DNA of 64,000 nt from an uncultured Gammaproteobacteria bacterium (GTDB taxonomy: Bacteria; Patescibacteriota; Microgenomatia; Levybacterales; GWA1-39-11): positions 44,115 to 108,114 of the forward strand of contig CAZDED010000004.1 of the NCBI GenBank assembly GCA_964504535.1, written 5' to 3'. Positions 59,280 through 64,000 of this stretch are shown one piece after another. A program made the translations under genes and the position numbers. The notes under the pieces were generated by a model that worked only from the letters and a program-made list of their open reading frames with translations, searched no databases and was not told where the DNA came from. Position 1 is the stretch's first letter. Every line of letters begins with the position of its first letter.

Positions 59280-60404
59280 TTGGCAAATGCACAAGGTCTA
59301 ACAACCGATGGGGCTGGAGAAAGCACTACGTCAAGCTCTTTCAGTCACCTAGTCAAAACGGAGCGGGTAAAAGAACTTCTTCGTTCACACGACAGGAGCT
59401 TCTACGCCCACTTCGTGTTCATCTTCATCTGCGTCACGCTGGACCTTTGGGCAACCGCCTTCTGGGTTTCGCGCGCCGTGGAAGCCATAGCCCTCGGAAG
59501 CACCACGGGAATCCTCTCCGGATGGATTGGCCAGCTCGGCCACGACGCCGGACATGGACAGGCCCCAAAAGGCAACATGCCCCTCCAAAGGGTTTTCCAA
59601 CTATTCCTCGGGCCTGTGTGCCTTGGGTTTAGTTCGACTTGGTGGATCAACAAACACGTAATCCACCACAAGTATTCCAACTGGGAGGGAAAGGACGGGG
59701 ACCTCAACATCCCACTTCCTTTCACGGCCAATCAGGCACGGGAACGCGGAAAGACAGCAGATTCTTTCCGTATCAAGAACGCAAGGTGGATCTTCCCCTT
59801 GATCTTGCCCCTACAGGCCATCAACGCCCGGATTTCAAGTATTTTCTACGTTTTCAAGTCGAAAGACAGACTGCGTGGAAAGGTTCTTCAGTTGGGCGGC
59901 ATCGCCTCCCATCTCGCTCTGTACGGACTGCTGTTGTACGTGATCGTACAACACGCAGGCTGGCACAACGCCCTGTGGTTTGCGGCCTTTCACCAAGGGG
60001 TTCACGGGTTTTACAACGCCTGTGTGTTCGCGACGAACCACAAAGGCATGCCCGTTTTTCCTCCCAACCAAAAGCCTGAGTGGCTTGACCTCCAAATCCT
60101 AACCTCACGCAACGTGAGGGTCGACTGGGAAATTTTCCACTTGAGGCACGGGTGGATCCTCGAGCGAATAGTGGACGAACTGGTCACATGGCTGTACGGA
60201 GGCCTTAACTACCAGATCGAACACCACCTGTTCCCAACGATGCCCCGGGCAAACCTGCGAAAGGTACGCCCACTCGTAATTGAGTTCTGCCGCCAACACG
60301 GTTACGACTACTACGAGACGGGGGTCATCAGGTCCTACAGGGAAGTTCTCCAGAACTTCGAGAACGTGAGGATTGAACTCCTCGACAGTCCGATGGGTGC
60401 GTAG
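59280..60404 (+). CDS. Membrane fatty-acid desaturase (front-end-type His boxes)
   Basis: HDAGH, HVIHH, QIEHHLFP; AAGGAG before TTG; visibly GC-richer than flanks. Confidence 0.92.
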   Translation: MANAQGLTTDGAGESTTSSSFSHLVKTERVKELLRSHDRSFYAHFVFIFICVTLDLWATAFWVSRAVEAIALGSTTGILSGWIGQLGHDAGHGQAPKGNMPLQRVFQLFLGPVCLGFSSTWWINKHVIHHKYSNWEGKDGDLNIPLPFTANQARERGKTADSFRIKNARWIFPLILPLQAINARISSIFYVFKSKDRLRGKVLQLGGIASHLALYGLLLYVIVQHAGWHNALWFAAFHQGVHGFYNACVFATNHKGMPVFPPNQKPEWLDLQILTSRNVRVDWEIFHLRHGWILERIVDELVTWLYGGLNYQIEHHLFPTMPRANLRKVRPLVIEFCRQHGYDYYETGVIRSYREVLQNFENVRIELLDSPMGA

Positions 60405-60433
60405 GTCGCACATTCGTAACTAGTTAGTTTTTT

Positions 60434-60470
60434 TTGGGAGTTTTTGACTATGTAAAATAAAAATTCCCAA
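60434..60470. terminator. Hairpin between convergent desaturase and msrA
   Basis: ttgggagttttt / aaaaattcccaa inverted repeat. Confidence 0.45.
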
Positions 60471-60473
60471 ACC

Positions 60474-61025
60474 CTAATGAGTGGGGGAGAGATATTCTTC
60501 TTTGACCTCTTTTTTGTATTCTTGCAACAGCTTCTTTATCTTTGGAGAGATCACATAATCACAATATCCCTGAGTCTTATTGTTATCATAAAAATTCTGG
60601 TGGTATTCCTCAGCGGTGTAGAAAGTTTCAAATGGGACAATTTCTGTAATGATGGGGTCACCGTAGAGACCTGAATCAGCAATTTCATCGCGTACTTTTA
60701 AGGCTTTCTCTTTTTGTGTATTGTCGTGGTAAAAAATTGCAGAGCGATATTGCGTCCCCTCATCAGCTCCTTGCCTATTTAACGTCGTGGGGTCGTGGAG
60801 GTTAAAAAATATCTCAATTAATTTCTCATAAGAAATAATAGAGGGGTCAAATTCCATCTGTATCGCTTCAGCATGCCCGGTTGCCCCGGTTGTGACCTGC
60901 TCATATGTAGAGTTTTCTCTCGCACCCCCTGCATATCCAGAGACAACATCCTCAACACCCCTGAGTCTTTTGAAGATTGCCTCGGTGCACCAAAAGCATC
61001 CGCCTGCTAGTGTTGCTTTTTCCAT
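60474..61025 (-). CDS. msrA: Peptide methionine sulfoxide reductase A
   Basis: GGCFWC, HDPT, QYRS, AEEYHQ. Confidence 0.97.
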   Translation of the reverse strand: MEKATLAGGCFWCTEAIFKRLRGVEDVVSGYAGGARENSTYEQVTTGATGHAEAIQMEFDPSIISYEKLIEIFFNLHDPTTLNRQGADEGTQYRSAIFYHDNTQKEKALKVRDEIADSGLYGDPIITEIVPFETFYTAEEYHQNFYDNNKTQGYCDYVISPKIKKLLQEYKKEVKEEYLSPTH

Positions 61026-61071
61026 AATCTATTCTAACACGCTCAGCTCAAAACTTTGATATAATAATATT

Positions 61072-62070
61072 ATGCTCAAGGAAATATTTTCCTACCTCGG
61101 AAAAAATCAGTTTATAGCAGGAATTCTCTTTCTCTTAACCCTTTTCCTGGCTTACCAACTAAAAGAAATTCTTATCGTTATTTTTATCGCCTATATTATC
61201 GTTGCAGCGCTTAGTCCTGTTGTTGAATTTTTACAGCGAAGGAAAATTCCAAGAACAGTTGCTGTTCTTATAACATTTTTTACAACCTTGCTTTTTTTCA
61301 TATTGCTTATTGCCCCGTTAGTGCCATTTCTTATCTCCCAGATCACGCAACTTACCAAAAGTTTTCCTGTTTATCTTCATCGTGCAGCGGAGGCTATTGG
61401 AGTACAGCTTGATATCCGCGAAGTGGGGCAGATAGTAACCCCTCAGCAGCTAGGTCAAAACGCCTTTGCTCTTGCCGGAGGGGTTTTTGGTGGGTTTTTT
61501 GCACTGGTAACTGCCATTGCTATAAGTTTTTACCTTTTACTTTCCTACAACAAAGCGAAGGGTGCTGTTGCAGGTCTTTTCCCTAAAACACAAAAAGAGC
61601 GTGCTGTTGCCGTTATTGACCAGGTCAACAACAAGCTGGGGGCATGGCTTCAGGGACAATTTCTTCTGTCTCTTTCCATCGGCCTTCTTACCTGGACCAC
61701 CCTAACCATGCTTCAGATGCCGTTTGCGCTTCCCCTGGCTGTTCTTGCCGGTCTTTTTGAAATAGTACCAACTGTAGGACCGATTCTCTCAGCAGTGCCT
61801 GCAATCGTTGTTGCACTCACAATATCTCCCAACATGGCAATAATTGTAGTTGTTTCATATATGGTTATTCAGATGATAGAAAACCATCTTCTTGTCCCGC
61901 GCATCATGCAGCGGGCAGTGGGACTTAACCCGGTAATTGTTATCATCGGTGTTATTGTGGGAGATAGATTACTGGGAATTCCCGGTGCACTTCTGTCTGT
62001 TCCCTTTATTTCTCTCTTGTTTTTGATTTATAAAAACCTCGACGAATTTTTAGACGATAAATCCTCCTAA
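61072..62070 (+). CDS. AI-2E family transporter
   Basis: IVP.VGP, QMIENHLLVPRIM, GLNP, LSVP. Confidence 0.9.
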   Translation: MLKEIFSYLGKNQFIAGILFLLTLFLAYQLKEILIVIFIAYIIVAALSPVVEFLQRRKIPRTVAVLITFFTTLLFFILLIAPLVPFLISQITQLTKSFPVYLHRAAEAIGVQLDIREVGQIVTPQQLGQNAFALAGGVFGGFFALVTAIAISFYLLLSYNKAKGAVAGLFPKTQKERAVAVIDQVNNKLGAWLQGQFLLSLSIGLLTWTTLTMLQMPFALPLAVLAGLFEIVPTVGPILSAVPAIVVALTISPNMAIIVVVSYMVIQMIENHLLVPRIMQRAVGLNPVIVIIGVIVGDRLLGIPGALLSVPFISLLFLIYKNLDEFLDDKSS

Positions 62071-62077
62071 AAAGGTC

Positions 62078-62106
62078 TTGACAAAAAGTTATCCACATTA
62101 CATACT
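62078..62106 (+). promoter_or_regulatory. dnaA promoter with DnaA box in spacer
   Basis: TTGACA-17-CATACT with TTATCCACA at 62089-62097. Confidence 0.75.
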
Positions 62107-62157
62107 GTACATCCCTTGTCCTAATTTTTCTGCTCCTGCCAATACTTTTCTACAATT

Positions 62158-63492
62158 ATGCATGAGCTCTGGAAACAAATACTTGCTGAGTTACAAATTG
62201 AGGTATCGCAACCTAGATTTGTTGCGTTTTTTAAATCCACGCAGTTAATTTCTTTAGAAAATGGAGTAGCAACAATAGGTACCCCAAACACAATGACAGC
62301 AGATCTTCTCGAAAAGAACTATTACGCACTTATCAAAAATGTTTTAGAGAAAAAAACCGGAGAAAAAATCAGCCTCATTTTCACCATCAATAGACCCGTT
62401 GAGGACAAGACAAAAGATGTGGGACCTCTTTTTACCGAGCGTCCGGTCGCAGCCACGAAGGGCAGACCACCACGCATAAAAACCGACTATACATTTGATA
62501 CGCTAGCGGTAAGCGACAGCAATCAATTAGCCTATACCGCTTCTTACGCAGTGGCTACAGAACCAGGAGGAAAATATAATCCTCTTTTTTTATATGGCAG
62601 TGTTGGGGTAGGAAAAACACACCTTATGCATGCTATCGCCAACACGGTTTTTGACAACAACAACGATGCAACAATTGTGTATCTTTCGACAGAAGAGTTC
62701 ACCAACGAGATGGTTGAGGCCATACAAACAAAGAGCACCTCAAAGCTTCGGCGAAGGTTTCGAAACATCGACCTCTTGCTTCTAGACGACATACAGTTTT
62801 TAAGCGGAAAAGAAAAAGTTCAAGAGGAGCTTTTTCATACCTTCAATACCTTGGTCGACAACAAAAGTCAGGTGATATTTTCATCAGATAGACCGCCAAG
62901 CGAAATCAAAAAGATCGAAGCACGTCTAGCATCAAGGTTTGAGTCGGGTCTTACAATTGACATTGAGTCTCCGGATTTGGAATTAAGAACGGCAATACTA
63001 CTTATAAAGAGCCAGAAGCACGGTCTTGACCTGACAACAGAACTTGCACAAAGAGCAGCGGCAAAAATCACAGAGCCCCGCGCCCTTGAAGGGTTTCTTC
63101 TCAAGCTCAACACAATGATGTCTATGTCGGGCGCAGTGGAGATCACAACCCAATTGATAGACAAATGCCTTGGAAATATTCGCGAAGTAAGACCAACCAT
63201 CCATCCCGATGATGTCATACGGGTAGTGTGTGACTACTACGACATAAAAACAACCCAACTAAAGGGAGCAAAAAGAGATGCTTCCCTGGTTCGTGCCCGC
63301 CATCTTTGCATGTTTCTTCTGAAAGAAGATCTGAGAACCACTCTTGTTGACATAGGCAACCTACTTGGAGGACGCGACCACACAACTATCATGCACGGTG
63401 TGTCGCGCATCAACAATCTTCGTGAAAATGACCCCCTCATTAAAGATGACATAGAGCAGATCAGGGAGAGGCTTGCAAACGATCTGTTATAA
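62158..63492 (+). CDS. dnaA: Chromosomal replication initiator
   Basis: YNPLFLYGSVGVGKTHL, DDIQF, SDRPP, GRDHTTIMH. Confidence 0.98.
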   Translation: MHELWKQILAELQIEVSQPRFVAFFKSTQLISLENGVATIGTPNTMTADLLEKNYYALIKNVLEKKTGEKISLIFTINRPVEDKTKDVGPLFTERPVAATKGRPPRIKTDYTFDTLAVSDSNQLAYTASYAVATEPGGKYNPLFLYGSVGVGKTHLMHAIANTVFDNNNDATIVYLSTEEFTNEMVEAIQTKSTSKLRRRFRNIDLLLLDDIQFLSGKEKVQEELFHTFNTLVDNKSQVIFSSDRPPSEIKKIEARLASRFESGLTIDIESPDLELRTAILLIKSQKHGLDLTTELAQRAAAKITEPRALEGFLLKLNTMMSMSGAVEITTQLIDKCLGNIREVRPTIHPDDVIRVVCDYYDIKTTQLKGAKRDASLVRARHLCMFLLKEDLRTTLVDIGNLLGGRDHTTIMHGVSRINNLRENDPLIKDDIEQIRERLANDLL

Positions 63493-63699
63493 AATATGTG
63501 GATAACTTCGACAGTTTCTTGTGGATAAATACGTTATAACTTATGACTAACTTCATCTTTTCAACAAAGGCTGGTGAGGCTGTTAATTTTACACAACTTA
63601 TCCACAAAGTTGTCAGATACTTATCAACATTTTTGTACGCACGGTCGATTGCTTTTGTCCACTTATCCACCTATACTACTACTGCTACTATTTAATATT
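63493..63699. other. oriC: DnaA-box cluster and DnaA-trios
   Basis: TGTGGATAA 63497 and 63520, TTATCCACA 63598, TTATCAACA 63621, TTATCCACC 63663, then ctactactgctacta and AT-rich tract. Confidence 0.9.
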
Positions 63700-64000
63700 A
63701 TGCACGTAACTATCCTTCCAGAAAATCTTACAAAATACCTTCCTCTTATTAACAAAGTACTTCCATCCCACTCTCAAATACCAATACTTTCGAATGTTTG
63801 TCTTCTTGCAAACAGCGAAGGGTTTTTTGTAAAAGCAACGGATTTAGAATTGGGAACCCAAATAAAAATTCCGGCAAAAATTGAAAGCGAAGGCGCAACA
63901 ACAATCCCTGGTAAAGAGTTTTTGGAGACCATCAATTCACTTCCAAAAGACAAGATAACGATTAGTTTGGAAAAAGATACAGTTGTTGTGGTGTGTCGCG
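63700..64000 (+). CDS. dnaN: DNA polymerase III beta clamp, 3'-partial (not in track)
   Basis: MHVTILPENL...PILSNV...ATDLELG...EGATTIP. Confidence 0.95.
   Translation, partial: MHVTILPENLTKYLPLINKVLPSHSQIPILSNVCLLANSEGFFVKATDLELGTQIKIPAKIESEGATTIPGKEFLETINSLPKDKITISLEKDTVVVVCR

Noticed and set aside
59258-60413. Multiple alternative-frame ORFs over the desaturase
   Set aside because: Expected from higher GC; only the His-box frame is recognisable
63461-63670. 69-aa minus-strand ORF
   Set aside because: Lies across the oriC DnaA boxes; non-coding

Overview
AT-rich bacterial chromosome segment ending at the replication origin (dnaA-oriC-dnaN). Gene content (short ValRS, DUF4012, archaeal-type cytidylate kinase, apparently leaderless promoters) suggests Patescibacteria/CPR, probably Microgenomates; this is an inference. 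1-32 kb is mostly housekeeping (rplY, crp, glmS, valS, two class A PBPs, jag-yidC-rnpA-rpmH, gapA, rpiB-rpe, comM, dnaG-rpoD). At 32.9 kb a tRNA-Asn(GUU) is split in its anticodon by a 217-nt group I intron and preceded by a free-standing LAGLIDADG-like ORF. An 11.4-kb large-serine-recombinase element is integrated at the tRNA 3' end, bounded by the 8-bp direct repeat GGAGCACC. The attachment core lies inside the recombinase gene, and its missing 39-codon C-terminus sits in frame at the far end of the island. The element carries candidate defence genes (SF1 helicase-PLD fusion, two HEPN-like proteins). Several more degenerate att/recombinase-tail relics follow and delimit short accessory-gene segments. 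Beyond them are a stress/detox cluster, a cyoABCDE bo3 oxidase operon, a GC-rich fatty-acid desaturase with a structured leader, and msrA. CRP-type boxes at about -41.5 suggest a Crp regulon that includes cyo.
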